A stretch of 51,749 nucleotides of DNA, from assembly GCF_004010195.1 (NCBI RefSeq), contig NC_057720.1, positions 32,825,383 through 32,877,131 of the forward strand. The letters run 5' to 3'. Below the pieces are notes generated by a model. It saw nothing but the letters and a program-made list of their open reading frames with translations, ran no database searches and was not told where the DNA came from. Below are positions 12,911-26,831 of the stretch, piece by piece. This DNA is from Chiloscyllium plagiosum (Eukaryota). The translations under genes were made by a program, and so were the position numbers. Numbering within the stretch: position 1 is the first letter of the stretch; the number at the start of each line of letters is the position of its first letter.

Positions 12911-14328
12911 CTCCTCCCCAATTCATCTTAGACTGACTATTTGAGATAGTTTTCGCAGGCACCTTGTATCTGCTCATTGAAGCATTGTTGAATGTTTATT
13001 ATGTTGAAGGAATCCTATAAATATAGATGACGACTAAACAGTTGTTACTTCTCTATTGACTATTAAAAATTGGTCGATTTGTAATGGTTGGAGATACCCT
13101 CCACAGCAGTTAAGGTTTTCTATTTCTTTTGTGCTTCATTAATTTAAGGGCAATGTTTCTCATGTATTATGTTCTCATATCCTTTTTGGGATATTTTCTC
13201 TTTGAACGTGTCCATATGAAGGTGACCTTTTTTGCTTAGAGATGTTCAAACAGTGCGAGAACATTTGAAAGATGTTTGTTTAACATGTTTGTCATTGGAA
13301 TCAGGAAGTAGCAGGAGAGAAACTAAAACACAATTTTATTTCTGTTAGAACATATTTCAGTGTATACTGTGACTTGGGATGTGAGTTTTGCGACCGCTGC
13401 CAGCCATCGTTAATTGTGTTTCAAAAAGCCTGGGTTGGTGGTGGAAAAGATTGAGAGAAGTGAACTGCAATTAATTAGGCAGGCTTACTTTGGATTTAAA
13501 AGTTCAAATAAGGCGGCAGTGTCAGATTTGCTTTTGAATGATCACTGCTGAAATATTACAATCATACTTTCTTTAATCAACATTTTAACTGGCCTCCGTC
13601 ACCTCTGCTGAAGAAATTAAAAGGCAGCCACTCTTTTATCCAGTAAGCCGAAGAAAGAGAAAAGTAAGGAGAAAGGCGAGTAAAAAAGGAGAAAAGGGAT
13701 CGGATTTAGCTAAGATATCCTCATAAAATGAGCAGAATGTTTGAATCTCTAATTGCCCTTTACTGAAGGCATTACCTTGATAAGAAAAGTTTTACATATA
13801 GCAATATTTCTGCACAACCTTGCTGAAGTGGCGGTTGTTCCTGTGTAAATTTAATCATGGAATAGGGGCATTTTGCTCATTTTGTGAGGACATTGATCCA
13901 TTTACTCTGAACCTGAATCAAACTGACACTGTTTTCCTCCAGGGGTTTTTGGCCAAGATTTAATTGTGGAGGCTCTCAGTGAATTTTGCTCTTCCCTGTC
14001 TAACTCTCCTTGCTAATTCAATAGCCGCTCCACATGTGCTTCCAATTATAAGATAATCTCCCAAATTATGTAACAAATCTGGGATCTTGCTAGTCTCTGG
14101 AGCTTCATTACTTATGTGAAATTTGTTGGAACTTCTGGGATACTCAAAATATTCTATGCCGATGTGAAATAAGTGATATAAAGTTTTGGTGTAAAATTTA
14201 ATGCTGATCCAGTCACAATTATTGATGTAAAGGAATAATGTTCTTGTGTGATCCAGTATCAATAGCAAACTCTTCCAGATCTGAGTTAATGAGCTAGACT
14301 TTGAATGATTCTCCCTCTCCTGATGAAG

Positions 14329-14396
14329 TTCCTTGCTTCACATCATCTATTATACTAGTATTCCTTTGCTTCACATCATCCATTATACTAGTATTC
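14329..14396 (+). repeat. 32/33-bp tandem duplication
   Basis: ttcct(t)tgcttcacatcatc(t/c)attatactagta occurs twice. Confidence 0.9.
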
Positions 14397-15356
14397 TTTT
14401 CCTTGCGCCAGTCACCATTGGTTTCAATCAACTGTTTTGCATTGCGAAGGCTTGAGTGTTTTGGACTAATACCAGTCAGCTAGTAAGTTTGAAATGTGGA
14501 GATATTAATTGTATTAATACAAACGATCACTGAAAGGACTGGCAGATGATGAGCGCACAACATCATGAACCTGTGATGTGGTAAGAGCAGCTTGTGGTGT
14601 CTCAGAGTTTTCCCTCTCTAAGAGCCTGTCATCTTACTGGTATGTGATTGGAATTCCATCGACATAATCCCACATCTGGTCACCCTATTATGAGGTATAT
14701 TTTAGCTATGTCCAACTGAACCACTGTGTCCTTTAATGTATACTCAAAGAATCCTAGAGTTGTACGATGCAGAAAGAGATGATTTGCTTTTTTTATATAT
14801 TATAATTTTCGTGATGCAAGATGCAAGTAGGAGTATGAAAATTTGTACGACAGTAACTAATGAGGAGGATAGCCATAAACTGCAGGAGGATATCAACAGA
14901 TAGATCACCTGTCAGAGCAATGGCAAATGGAATTCAAACTGGAAAAAATTGAGTTAGCACATATGGTGAGGGTGAACAAGGCAAGGGATTACACAATGAA
15001 TGTACTCTGGGGAGATTTCAGTGTCCACCACCAAGAATGGATTGGCATTGATTGAGCAAGTTGAATTTTAAAGGATAGTGCATCCAAACTGGGCCTGCAG
15101 CAGGTGGTGAGGAAACTAAGAAGAGGGAAGAGCATGCTTGACCTCCTCACCAATATGCTTGCCACCGATGCATCTGTCCATGTCAGTATTAGTAAAAGTG
15201 ACCACCATATAGTCCTCCTGGAACCAAAGTCCTGCCTTCACATTGAGAATACTCTCCATCATGCTGTGTGGTTCTATCACTGTTAAATGGGACACATTTC
15301 AAACAGGTCTAGCAACTCAAGACTGGGCATCTATTAGTGCTGTGGGAGCACATGGG

Positions 15357-16586
15357 AGACTGGCTAGCAAGGTTAGATTTCACGGAATACGGGAGAACTA
15401 GCCATTTGGATACAGGGCTGGCTGAAAGGTAGAAGACAGAGGAGGGTGGTGGAGGGTTGTTTTTCAGGCAGGAAGCCTCTAACCAGTGGAGTGCCACTAG
15501 GATCTGTGCTGGGTACAGTACTTTTCGTCACTTATATAAACGTTATGGATGTGAGCATAAGGGGTCTACTTAATAAGTTTGCAGATGACACCAAAATTGG
15601 AGGTGTAGTGGACAGGTGAAAAAAGTTACCTCAGATTACAACAGGATATTGATCAAATGGGCCAATGGGTTGAGGTGTGGCAGATTTGGGTTAATTTAGA
15701 TAAATGCAAGGTGCTGCATTTTGGGAAAACAAATCTTAGCAGGTCTTATACACTTAATGGTAAGATCTTAAGGAGTGTTGCTTAACAAAGAGACCTTGGA
15801 ATGCAGGTTTATAGTTCCTTGAAAGCAGAGTTGCAGGTAGATAGTGAAGAAGGCGTTTGGTATGCTTTCCTTTATTGGTCAGAGTATTGAGTACAGTGGT
15901 TGGGAGGTCATGTTGCGGCTGTACAGGACATTGGTTAGGCCACTGTTGGAATATTGCATGCACTTCTGGTCTCTGTTCTATTGGAAAGATGTTGTGAAAC
16001 TTGAAAGGGTTCAGAAAAGATTTACAAGGATGTTGTCAGAATTGGAAGATTTGAGCTATAGGGAGAGGTTGAATAGGCTGGGGCTGTTTTTCCTGGAGTG
16101 TTGGAGGCTGAGGGGTAACATTAGAAGCTTACAAAATCATGAGGGGCATGAATAGGATAAAATGCCTGTCCTCGGATGCTGCCTGAATTGCTGTGCTCTT
16201 CCAGCACCACTGATCCAGAATCTGGTTTCCAGCATCTGCAGTCATTGTTTTTACCTAAATAGACAAAGCCCTTTCCCTGGGGTGGGGAAGTCCAGAACCA
16301 GAGGGCATAGGTTTAGGGTGAGAGGGGAAAGATCTAAAAGAGACCTAAGGGGCAATGTTTTCATGCAGAGGGTGGTACGTGTATGGAATTAGCTACCAGA
16401 GGAAGTGGTGGAGGCTGGTAAGATTGCAACATTAAAAGGCATATAGATATGTAAATGAATAGGATGGGTTTGAAGGTATATAGGCCAGGTGCTGGCAGGT
16501 GGGACGAGATTGGGTTGGGACATCTGTTCAGCATGGATGGGTTGGACCGAAGGGTTTGTTTCTGTGCTGTACATCTCTATGAATCA
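15357..16586 (+). mobile_element. Younger CR1/HER1 LINE inserted into the Zenon-like LINE
   Basis: KFADDTK, LYRTLVRPLLEYCMHFWS and QRVVRVWN; same family as 3688-4312. Confidence 0.93.
16164..16255 (-). mobile_element. Truncated PLE-derived terminal repeat inserted in CR1
   Basis: 'ctcggatgctgcctgaattgctgtgctcttccagcacc...ccagcatctgcagtc' interrupts the CR1 sequence 'ggataaat|agacaa'. Confidence 0.8.
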
Positions 16587-18982
16587 TACTCTAACATGAT
16601 TTGCAATCTCATGGCCCAGCATATTCCCCACTCAACTATTACTTTTAAGCCAGAGGATCAACTCTGGTTTAGAGAGAGTGCATGAAAGCATGCCAAAAGC
16701 AGCACAAGGCAAAAGTAAAAGTAAGGTGTTGACATCAAAACAGGATGCCTTGCATGCCCTACAGCGTAACTAGAAAGAGATATAAAGAGCTAAATGATCC
16801 CACAACTAATGGATTAGATCTAAGCTCCGCAATCCTGCCACATCATGTTGTGATTGACAGTGGACAATTAAACAACTCACTGGCAGATATTCCTGTCCCC
16901 AACAATGTGAGACCCCAGCATATTAGTGCAAAAGATGAAGCTCAACGATATTCAGCCAGAAATGCTGAGTGAATAACCCATCTCCAGAGTTCCCCAGTAT
17001 CAGACATGATAGTTATCAGCCAATTTGATAGATGGTTGGAGGCACTGAATACTGCAAAAGCTAGTGGCCAAGACAACATTCCAGCAATTACTAAAGACTT
17101 GTGTCCAGAACTTGATGCTAGGCTACATACAACTACAAAGCTGTTATCTACCTGACAATGTGGAAAATTGCCCAGGCATGTTGTGTGCATATAAAGCAAG
17201 ACAAATCCAATTTGGCCAATTGTTGTCCCATCTGTCTACTGTCAATCATTGGTAAGATGTCATCAACAGTGCTATCAAGCAGCACCTCCTCAGTGACACC
17301 CAGTTTGAGTTCCACCAGGGCCATTTAGCTCCTGACCTCAATACAGTCTGACAAAAGAGCCAAATTTCAGAGGTGGGGTGAGAACGACAGCCCTGGATAC
17401 GAAGGCGGCTTTTGACCAAATGTGGCAGCAAGGAGCCCGAGCAAAACTGAAATCAGTGGGATTGAGGGAAAACTCTCATTGTTGGCTTTATACATGAAGT
17501 AATACATAGGAAAATGGTTGTGGTTGTTGGAAGTCAGTCATCTCTGCTCCAGTACATCTCTATCAGAGTTCCTCAGAGTAGTGTCCTCTGCCAAATACTC
17601 TTCAGCTGCTTCATCAGTGACCTTCACTTGGTAACCAGATCAGAAATAGGAATGTTCGCCAAAGTTCAGCATCATTCATGACTCCTCAGATACTGAAGCT
17701 GTCCATGTTCAAATGCGAGACCTGGACAATATCCAGACTTGGACTGAAAAGTGGCAAGTAAAATTTACATCACACAAATGCTAGACAATGACCAATTCCA
17801 ATAAGAGAATATTCTCCCACTGCCCTTTTTTTTTTCAGTGGCATTCCCCATCACCGAATCCCTACTAGAAACATCCTGGAGGTTACTATTGACTAGAAAC
17901 TGAGCTGAACTGGCCATAGAAATACTGTGGTTACAAGGGCAAGCCAGAGGCTAGGAGTATTGCAGTTTGTAACTCACTTCCTGACTCCCCAAAGCCTGTC
18001 TATTATTTACAAGTCACAAGTCAGGATGTGATGAAATACTCCCCACTTGTTTGGATGAGTGCATTTCCTACAAATTTGATACTATCCAGGACAATGCAAC
18101 CCACTTAAACAATACCACATTCACAAATATTCATTCCCTCCCCCACCAATGCCGTGTAGCAGCATTGTGTACTATCTATACGATGCACTGCAGAAATTTG
18201 CCAACTGTCCCGAGACAGCACCTTCCAAACCCAGGACGTTTCTGACTAGAATGCAAGGGCCACAGATACATTGGAACATCTATGTGCAAGTTGCCTTCCA
18301 AGCCATTCATCATTCTGACTTGAAAACACATTGCCATGCTTCCACTGTCGCTAGGCCAAAATCCTGGAATTCCCTACCTCATGAAATTGTCGGTCTGCCC
18401 ACATCCCATACACAGCGGCAGTTCAAAAAAGCAACTCATCATCATCGTCTCAAGGTTGACTAGGGATGGACATTAAATGCTGGTTCAGTATGCGATGCCA
18501 TTATCCCATCAGTGAATTAAAATAGAAAATGTGTTGTAGTAATTTTGTCATAAAATAAGTATCAGACATGGAAATATTATATACTAACTATTTTGGATGA
18601 AGTGTCAGTACGAATGTACTGAATAAAGCTTCTTTGCAACATGGCTTTTGGTTATGGGATTTTTAGTTGTCTGTGTTTTAAAATGAAAACTTTTAGCTTT
18701 TCTTTTTACTGCTGTTGCTGTTCAATCTATTTTACGTTGATTTGCTTATTTGTGATTTTTAAGTTTTGTAGCCTTCTCTTTATTTTTAATGACATATACA
18801 GTAGCTGCTGATATTGGGAGTGAAATTATGTTGGAGATAATGGTTTAAAAACAAAATAAAATCTTTTACATTGAGGTGCACCATTAGTAGCTTCCTTTAA
18901 TCAATTCACTTGCAAGAGCCACAATTATACTTTCAAGTTGCTCACTTTTGGTTTTAAGGACATTTGCCTCCTCATGGTTACC

Positions 18983-19350
18983 CTATAAAGGCTTATAAAA
19001 TCATGAGGCACATGGTTAGGATAAATAGACAAGGTCTTTTTCCTGGTGGGAGGAAGTCCAGAACAAGAGGGTATAGGTTCATGATGAGTGGGGAAGAATT
19101 TAAAAGAGAACTAAGGGGCAATGTTTTCACACAAGAGGTTGGTGCATGTATGGAATGAGCCGCCAGAGGAAGTGGTAGAGGCTGGTCCAATTATACATTT
19201 AACGGCATGTGGATGTGTATATGAATAGGAAGGGTTTAGAGGGATATGGGCCAAATGCTGCAAATGGAACTAGATTAGATTAGGATATCCGGTTGGCATG
19301 GATGTGTTGGTTCGAAGGGTCTATTGCTGTGCTGTACATCTATGATTCTG
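18983..19350 (+). mobile_element. CR1/HER1 3' fragment
   Basis: Same family as 3960-4310 (AYKIMR..RINRQGLFP..SRTRG). Confidence 0.9.
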
Positions 19351-19924
19351 TATGTGGCCAGTATCCTATAATATGAACAGCATTCCACATTTTGTTTTGT
19401 TTTTGCATTCTTTTACGATTGAACCTCTTTTTACGGTGACCTACGATCATAAGTAATATATGACTTACAAGTAACATGAATTTGAGGTAAGATTAATTTA
19501 ACCTTGAGATTGACAAACTAGCTGGCAAAATTACTTTCTTTGACCTATCCTTGTGTTCACATTGGCAGGTCATGGGGAAAAAAAAGTCCTCTGTTTAATA
19601 ACTTGAAACCAAGTAAGCATTTTTCTCAATGCTCATGAAAATATTATAAAAATCTTTTATCCTCCTGTCCAGTTGCTCTTGGACAGAAAGTGGTGAACTG
19701 GATCCCTCTTAATGTTAGGTATTTAGCTTATTTCTGATTTGAGTGTCCACAGCTGCTTTGATATTTGAGATTGTCATGTTTCTCTGCTTCTTCTGTCATG
19801 AATTATCATAATAGGGAGGGTTATTGTGCAAATCTTCCTCTAAAAATATATTAGTGATACAGCCATATTTTATTCAAGATTAATCTATCAGCAATTCATG
19901 AAACAAGTTAGGAGAGTTTGTGAT

Positions 19925-20262
19925 GGGCAGCACAGTGGCACAATGGTTAGAATTGCTGCCTTACTGCGGCAGGGATCCAGATTCAATTCCAGCCTTTGGT
20001 GACTGTGCAGATTCCACACAGACATTCTCCCCACATCCCCATTTCATCTTGCTGCTTCAGTTTCCTCCCAAGGTAAAGATGTCCAGTTTAGGTGGACTGG
20101 CCATGCTAAATTCCCCATTGTATCCAGGGTTAAGCAGGCTAGGTGGATTAGCCATGGGAAATGCAGGATTATAGGGTTAGGGTAGGTCTAGGTGGGACTC
20201 ATCAAATGAGCTGTGTGGACTCTGTGCCAAATGGCCTGCTTCCATACTGTAGGAATTCTATG
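19925..20262 (+). mobile_element. HE1-type tRNA-derived V-SINE with internal 21-bp inversion
   Basis: A-box 'gtggcacaatgg', degenerate B-box 'gattcaattcc', 'ggccatgctaaatt' and tail 'aatggcctgcttccatactgtagg'. Confidence 0.85.
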
Positions 20263-22404
20263 TTTTATTTATTCTTAAATTCCTCTTCTGCCGTCTGTTT
20301 TCTCATGCTGTTAGCACCTCAGTTAGCTGTCTTCTGTTGACAGCCAAATACTTCTGCAGTTTTTTTTTTCTCCTTTTCTGTTAACTGTTAACTGTTCTCC
20401 TGTAATTTTGTTTGGTTTTAAGGAAGTACACTTATTGTTTCAGGTTTCTGACATTTAACAGTATCTCTTCATGCTCATGATGCTTCTGTACAATTTATCC
20501 AACAATTAAAAAGTTACATCTATATGTCATGTTGTGATGGAATCTATAATTTGTAATAAATATGTTACACAAGCCTTACTACTTGGAGAGGGAGAGAAAC
20601 TTGCTTTTTCCTGTCCAGTCATATGGTTTTGACATACTTGTTTTCTACTTTAGTACTGTGTATGTCATTGGTGCAAGCTACTATGCGGTAGATTCTGTAG
20701 ATTGTAGGTTTTTTTTGGCTAACAGTTTTTTTGTGGCCAAAGCAATGACTGATTATTATAAATGTCTGCTTATTCTGCCTTCTGTGGTGTACACCCACGA
20801 AAATGTGTAACAGCACAAAATCAATCCTGCAATGACCAATGTGATTGGCAATATTACGTGTAAAGTTGTACAAATTAATGCTGATTAACATTAAGAAAAA
20901 CCTGGGAGTTTTCACAGATAGTTTCAAGCAAAATTGGATTGATTTCCTTGCACTTGTGTAGAACTATTCTTAAATTTTAAATCACAATACTCCAAGCAGC
21001 ATCTGAGAGTTCTTTAGGAGTTTGTGAGCTTGTCTTTTAAAGACGATACCTTGTGTGAACGTGCACACATTTTAGTTTACCCTACAAGGATGATACCAGT
21101 GACTGGTTTTGCTCCATATTAACAGTGAATTTGGTGTGCAAATCTGGAATTAAAATTCATCCCAATTCCAAATTAAAGTGATGAGTTTTTTTTTGAAAAG
21201 GGGAGTTTCACCCTGAGTTTTGACGTGGATGTAATTTTAGCTTTGCTCTGTAGCCACTTCCCATCTATACTAGAGCTCTGTTGGGAATGAACTGTAGTAA
21301 TTCCCATCACACATTCTTCACTGTTTTAAAAAGTTATTGGTTTCTGCTCCAGTTGTTGAATAGCTAGCAGACCTAAAAATGCCTGAAAACAGGAAGCATA
21401 TGGTGTAGGATTTTTTGCTTCACCGAAATATATTTGACCATTACTGACTATTTTAACTGTATTCAAAAAAGACAGTTGTCAGGCTAAATGCATGTTCTAG
21501 TAGTCGTTTCTGGAAAATATGGATCACACGCATGCTCCTGTCAGGCAACATTGGAAGATTTTTTTGGTATGTGGTGACATGTTGCGTATGGAAATAATGA
21601 AATGAGTTTTGGTTGCTGAGGCTACGAACTGGAGTACTGTTCAGCTTTTGATTTTCCAGCACCTGCTGCTTGTGTAGAATACTCCTTTCAAATTCTATTT
21701 AGAGTGACTTTATTATTTAATGCTTTGCACTATGGATAGAACTGTATAGTAAAGAACATCTTGAGGTGCAGATGTTTGAGGACAAAATTGAAGGTCATCC
21801 TGTAGTTCAGACTTTGTCCAGATACCTTAAACCTTGCATATCACTTAAGCTCATGTTATGAAACTCAATAATAGAGTTCACCGATAACTTGGTTGTGGTT
21901 TTAACACACAGTTTAAAAACCATCCCCGTTAGCTACTTGATTAACTTGAATGGAAAATTTGAGTCAGCGTTTCACTCTTTACATTCAACAGTAGTTGGTG
22001 TGGTTTGATAATGAGCGCCAGCTCTTTGTTTCTGTATTCCGTAGCTTGAAGTCCTTGTCAAATCAGTTCACTCCAACCTTAAGGTGAACTTTAGGTAATC
22101 TGGTAGAGTAGCCAAATGAATAATTGTTACATGAGTAAATTTTTGCCTTAAAATGTGATGATGGGATTAAAGGATAGAGCTCAGCAATTATTCTCCATTT
22201 GAGCAGCACTCTTTTCTAAGCCCTCAGAGAATGTGCACAATACCCCTATGATTATTTGTCGACCATCCCTTTTTATTAAATAGTTGGAATTGTGGATGCC
22301 AACCTCTTGCCTGATGTACTGTGCATCAGTGGCATGACAATCCTTCAAGTGCCAAAGTGTCTTTTTACAAAAGAAAAATTAATCTGGGAAAATTGTTTTT
22401 TTTT

Positions 22405-22682
22405 CATACACTGGATGAGAGTATAGCTGGCAATGCCCATCCCTAATTGCCCAGAGGATAGTTAAGAGTCAACCACATTGCTATGTAGTCCGGAGTCATT
22501 TGTAGGACCAGACCAGGTAGGGATGGCAGTTTCCTTCCCTAAAGGGCATTAGTGAATCAGATGGGTTACTTGAATTCAAATTCCGCCATCTGCCATAGTG
22601 GATTTGAACCCAGGTCCCCAGAATGTTATTTAGGTATCTGGGTTAACAGTCCAGTGATAATACCACTAGACCATTGCCTCCC
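22405..22682 (-). mobile_element. tRNA-derived SINE (second family; tail resembles the Zenon-like LINE tail)
   Basis: Minus strand reads GGGAGGCAATGGTCTAGTGG (A-box) and GGTTCAAATCC (B-box). The 3' end 'gggcaattagggatgggcatt' is similar to 18458-18475. Confidence 0.8.
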
Positions 22683-24194
22683 TGGTGGTCCAGTTCCTGG
22701 TCAGATGGTCATTGTGAGCCTCAACAATTAGATAGTAAGTTATTACATTTATGTCTCTTGTTTAAACCACAGGTCTAATTCAGTAACAAAATAGTAGCTG
22801 AGGTTTTGTTTTGCTGTATGACATCACAGGGACCAGTTAAGCTCTGATACCTCACCCAAATAGCCTATTCATGAACTAAAGACTGTTTTCTCCAGGGGTA
22901 ATCATGGACTTGCAAACATGTTGAGCCTTCTTGGAAAATTGTTTTATCCTCAGCTACATACCCAGAACACCATCTAAGATTGATTATAGCATCTCGATCA
23001 CTGTATGGATGAGAACCGTTAACTCAGCAAAGGCTGAGGATCAAGCTCATAAAAGTAAATTGGATTTGATGTTATTTCTGCAGAATAGTATCATTGCTAG
23101 TAAATAAGGTGAAAGGGAACACTGCCATGAAGGTTGCTGTATCATTGATGATTGTATAATACGAATGAGTAATGTGTTGACTGTTCCTCATTCCCCTTCC
23201 CTAATGTGTATTTCAGCCTGCTAATTTAACTGCTTTTCATGTGAACATACGAACATCCTGCGTCTTTCAATTAGCTGAAAGAGCTAATACAGTATTTGTT
23301 TCCAGGATTAGTTTGTGTTGATTCCCCATAAGGCTAATTTTGCGATTTCTACATTATCTCTTCTCTTCTGTTATTAACTCTTTTCCCTCACATTGTTGCT
23401 ACCTTTCTAGGTCTATCTTCTTGCCATGTAGACAGTGTGGGTAGATGCCTGGCTTTCAGGTTTATGTTTATTTGTGCTGCTGTGTATGTAACAGGACATA
23501 AGTGTGTAAATTGTACGGATAGTAGTTTTCAGATTTACAATTTAATTTGCACAGATTACAATTTAAAGAAGGTATGGAACTTTTCTCTCCTGATACGGAT
23601 AAGTAACTCTTTGCTGTTCGTTTAATGCGGTATCAGGCTGGTGTAGCATGCCATACTGTGGTCCAATCTCTTTCTTTTATTATCTAACCACCAAATTTTC
23701 TCTGGCATAGTATATGAACAGCTGGTGGATTTATAAGTGCAAATAGATACGGCTACTTACCAGTTGTGGCATTGAACCAGCAAAACACAGATCATGAGTT
23801 CAAATGCCATCATGAAAGTTGTCAACTTTTGGCAAGCAAGAGAAAAAGAACTGAATTGTCACAAAATTCCAACCATTAATGTTCTACAGAAAAGAGACCC
23901 TGTAACCCCCGCGCTTCATATGACCCCACGGTACTTTGCGGTTAATTTCTTTAATGCCCACTGAAATGATCTGACAAATCCCCCCCATGCTCCCATGCTA
24001 AACAATCATGACAGAGCTCATGAAACATGTTGAATAGACCTATTGCTAATAATCCAAGTATATTAGGACAAAGCAGTCCTAGCTGTGTTAATGCTATAAA
24101 GCCCTGCTCATCTGCATCAGTGAGAGTGCTCTACATGACACAATCACACTGGCAGTATCCTAATTCTCAGCCAAAGTTGTCCCCATCCCTGAGT

Positions 24195-25070
24195 TTATTT
24201 TATTCACTCATGGGGTGTTGGCATTGCTGGCTGGCCAGCATTTTTGCCTATCCTTGTTGCCCTTGAGAATTGGATTCTCCTTATAAATGGTAATGATGGT
24301 GAACTGCTGCAATCCACGAACTGTAGATTGGCTCATAATGCCCTTCGGGAGGGCTTTCCAGATTTTGGCCCAATGATCGTAAAGGAACAGCAATATATTT
24401 CCAAATCAGGATGGGAGCTTGCAGATGTTGGTGCTCTCTTGTATCTGCTGCCCTTGTCTTAAACAAGCATTAAGGAAACAGATATTAATTCATCAACTAA
24501 AACATGGTAGAATAGATAGGTTTGAAGCTGATCTTGTCTTTCTCTATGGAAGTGGCCATGGATTTGGAAGATAAGGATGGTGAATTTCTGCAGTGCATCT
24601 TGTAGATAGCACACATGGATGCTGCTGAGTGTTGGTGGTGGAAGGAGTAGATGCTTATGAATATGGTGCCAAAAAAATGGCCTGCTTTGTTTTGGATGGT
24701 GTAAAGCTTCTTTAGTATTGTTCGAGCTGCATCCATTGAGGCAAGTGGGGAGTATTCCATCACACTCGTGACTTGTGGCTCAAAGATGGTGGACAGACTA
24801 TGGGGAGTTGGGAGTTGAGTTACTCGTCACAGTATTCCCAGTTTCTGGCCTACTGTTGTAGCCACTGCATTTATTTGGAGAATCCAATGAAGTTTTCTGG
24901 TCAACAGGAACATCAAGGATGTTGTAGTGGGCGATTCAGTTATGGTAACATTATTGAATATCAACAGGTGGTGATTAGACTATCTCTTATTGGAGGTGGT
25001 CATTAACTGGCATTTGTGGGGCATGAATAGTATTTGCCACTTGTCAGCCCAAGCTTGGATATTGTTCAGA
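24195..25070 (-). mobile_element. Zenon-like CR1-group LINE 3' part
   Basis: MMEYSPLASMDAARTILKKLYTIQNKA, SFHHQHSAASMCAIYKMHC and WKALP; same family as 17700-18520. Confidence 0.85.
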
Positions 25071-25823
25071 TTCATAGAATCCCTACAGTGAAGAAATAGG
25101 CCATATGGCCCAACAAGAGCATCCCACCTAGACTCTTAAGGCCTTGTGCCTTAATGCACAGAGCATTTGCAACAAAATGGATGAATTAGTTACATAAGTA
25201 CCACATATACTCATGTATAGGTCAATCTCATGTATAAGTCAATCCTATATATTTGGCCAAAAAAATCTTGTATTTTACATATATCTCGTGTATAAGTCAA
25301 CCCTAGTTCTTCGGTTACAGATCAACATTTACGAGTCAGTGTGCCTGCCCGTTACGCTCTGTTCCGGCTTTCTGGTCTGCTGATCGTATTGCTCCATTCG
25401 GGTCTTCCAGTCCACCAGACATCATGCTACGCTCCAGGTTTTCAGAATTACCATAATAATGCAACAGTACAGGGCCACCGCCGTATCCGCGGAGTCGGTG
25501 TCAGTCCCGTCCACTGACACCCTCCTTCGACTGACTGAACTGGTCCTCACCCTGAACAACTTCTCTTTCCAATCCTCCCACTTCCTCCAAACGAAAGGAG
25601 TAGCCATGGGCCCCAGCTATGCCTGCCTCTTCGTAGGATATGTGGAACAATCCATCTTCCGCAACTACACTGGCCCCACCCCCCAACTTTTTCCTCCGCT
25701 ACATCAATGACTGTATTGGCGCCGCCTCGTGCTCCCACGAGGAGGTTGAACAGTTCATCACTTCACCAACACCTTCCACCCCGACCTCAAATTCACCTGG
25801 ACAATCTCAGATTCCTCCCTCCC

Positions 25824-26620
25824 NNNNNNNNNNNNNNNNNNNNNNNNNNNNNNNNNNNNNNNNNNNNNNNNNNNNNNNNNNNNNNNNNNNNNNNNNNNNN
25901 NNNNNNNNNNNNNNNNNNNNNNNNNNNNNNNNNNNNNNNNNNNNNNNNNNNNNNNNNNNNNNNNNNNNNNNNNNNNNNNNNNNNNNNNNNNNNNNNNNNN
26001 NNNNNNNNNNNNNNNNNNNNNNNNNNNNNNNNNNNNNNNNNNNNNNNNNNNNNNNNNNNNNNNNNNNNNNNNNNNNNNNNNNNNNNNNNNNNNNNNNNNN
26101 NNNNNNNNNNNNNNNNNNNNNNNNNNNNNNNNNNNNNNNNNNNNNNNNNNNNNNNNNNNNNNNNNNNNNNNNNNNNNNNNNNNNNNNNNNNNNNNNNNNN
26201 NNNNNNNNNNNNNNNNNNNNNNNNNNNNNNNNNNNNNNNNNNNNNNNNNNNNNNNNNNNNNNNNNNNNNNNNNNNNNNNNNNNNNNNNNNNNNNNNNNNN
26301 NNNNNNNNNNNNNNNNNNNNNNNNNNNNNNNNNNNNNNNNNNNNNNNNNNNNNNNNNNNNNNNNNNNNNNNNNNNNNNNNNNNNNNNNNNNNNNNNNNNN
26401 NNNNNNNNNNNNNNNNNNNNNNNNNNNNNNNNNNNNNNNNNNNNNNNNNNNNNNNNNNNNNNNNNNNNNNNNNNNNNNNNNNNNNNNNNNNNNNNNNNNN
26501 NNNNNNNNNNNNNNNNNNNNNNNNNNNNNNNNNNNNNNNNNNNNNNNNNNNNNNNNNNNNNNNNNNNNNNNNNNNNNNNNNNNNNNNNNNNNNNNNNNNN
26601 NNNNNNNNNNNNNNNNNNNN
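25824..26620. other. Assembly gap (797 N)
   Basis: Run of N inside the Penelope element. Confidence 1.
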
Positions 26621-26795
26621 TCGAACTCAGCACCGCCTTCCTAACCTGCAATCTTCTTCCCGACCTCTCCGCCCCCACTCCCGTCTGACCTATCACCCTC
26701 ACCTTGACCTCTTTCCACCTATCACATTTCCGACGCCCCTCCCCCAAGTCCCTCCTCCCTACCTTTTATCTTAGCCTGCTGGACAAACTTTCCTC

Positions 26796-26831
26796 ATTCC
26801 TGAAGAAGGGCTTATGCCCAAAACGTCGATT
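26796..26831 (+). ncRNA. Hammerhead motif in Penelope terminal repeat, G12>A (probably inactive)
   Basis: CTGAAGA (26800-26806), A, GGGC-TTAT-GCCC, AAAA, CGTC. Confidence 0.55.

Larger units (their letters stand above)
15003..18520 (+). mobile_element. CR1-group (Zenon-like) LINE, degenerate ORF2 (APE to RT to 3' end), split by a younger CR1 at about 15357-16586
   Basis: GDFSVHHQEW, LDLLTN and SKSDHHIV (endonuclease); QFEFHQG, ALDTKAAFDQMW and VPQSSVL (RT); YKSQVR..MKYSPLVW; tail 'ctagggatggacattaaatgctgg'. Confidence 0.85.

Noticed and set aside
13349..13386. Micro-exon candidates (20 or 32 nt) ending at GTGAGT
   Set aside because: Not frame-preserving and no supporting neighbouring exons; not called as a CDS.
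14320..14340. CTGATGA hammerhead-like heptamer
   Set aside because: No stem II or GAAA follows.
14545..14620. Box C-like ATGATGA (possible C/D snoRNA)
   Set aside because: No box D CTGA with a terminal stem at a suitable distance.
25640..26774. 329-355 aa ORFs in the track
   Set aside because: Artefacts of translating through the N gap.
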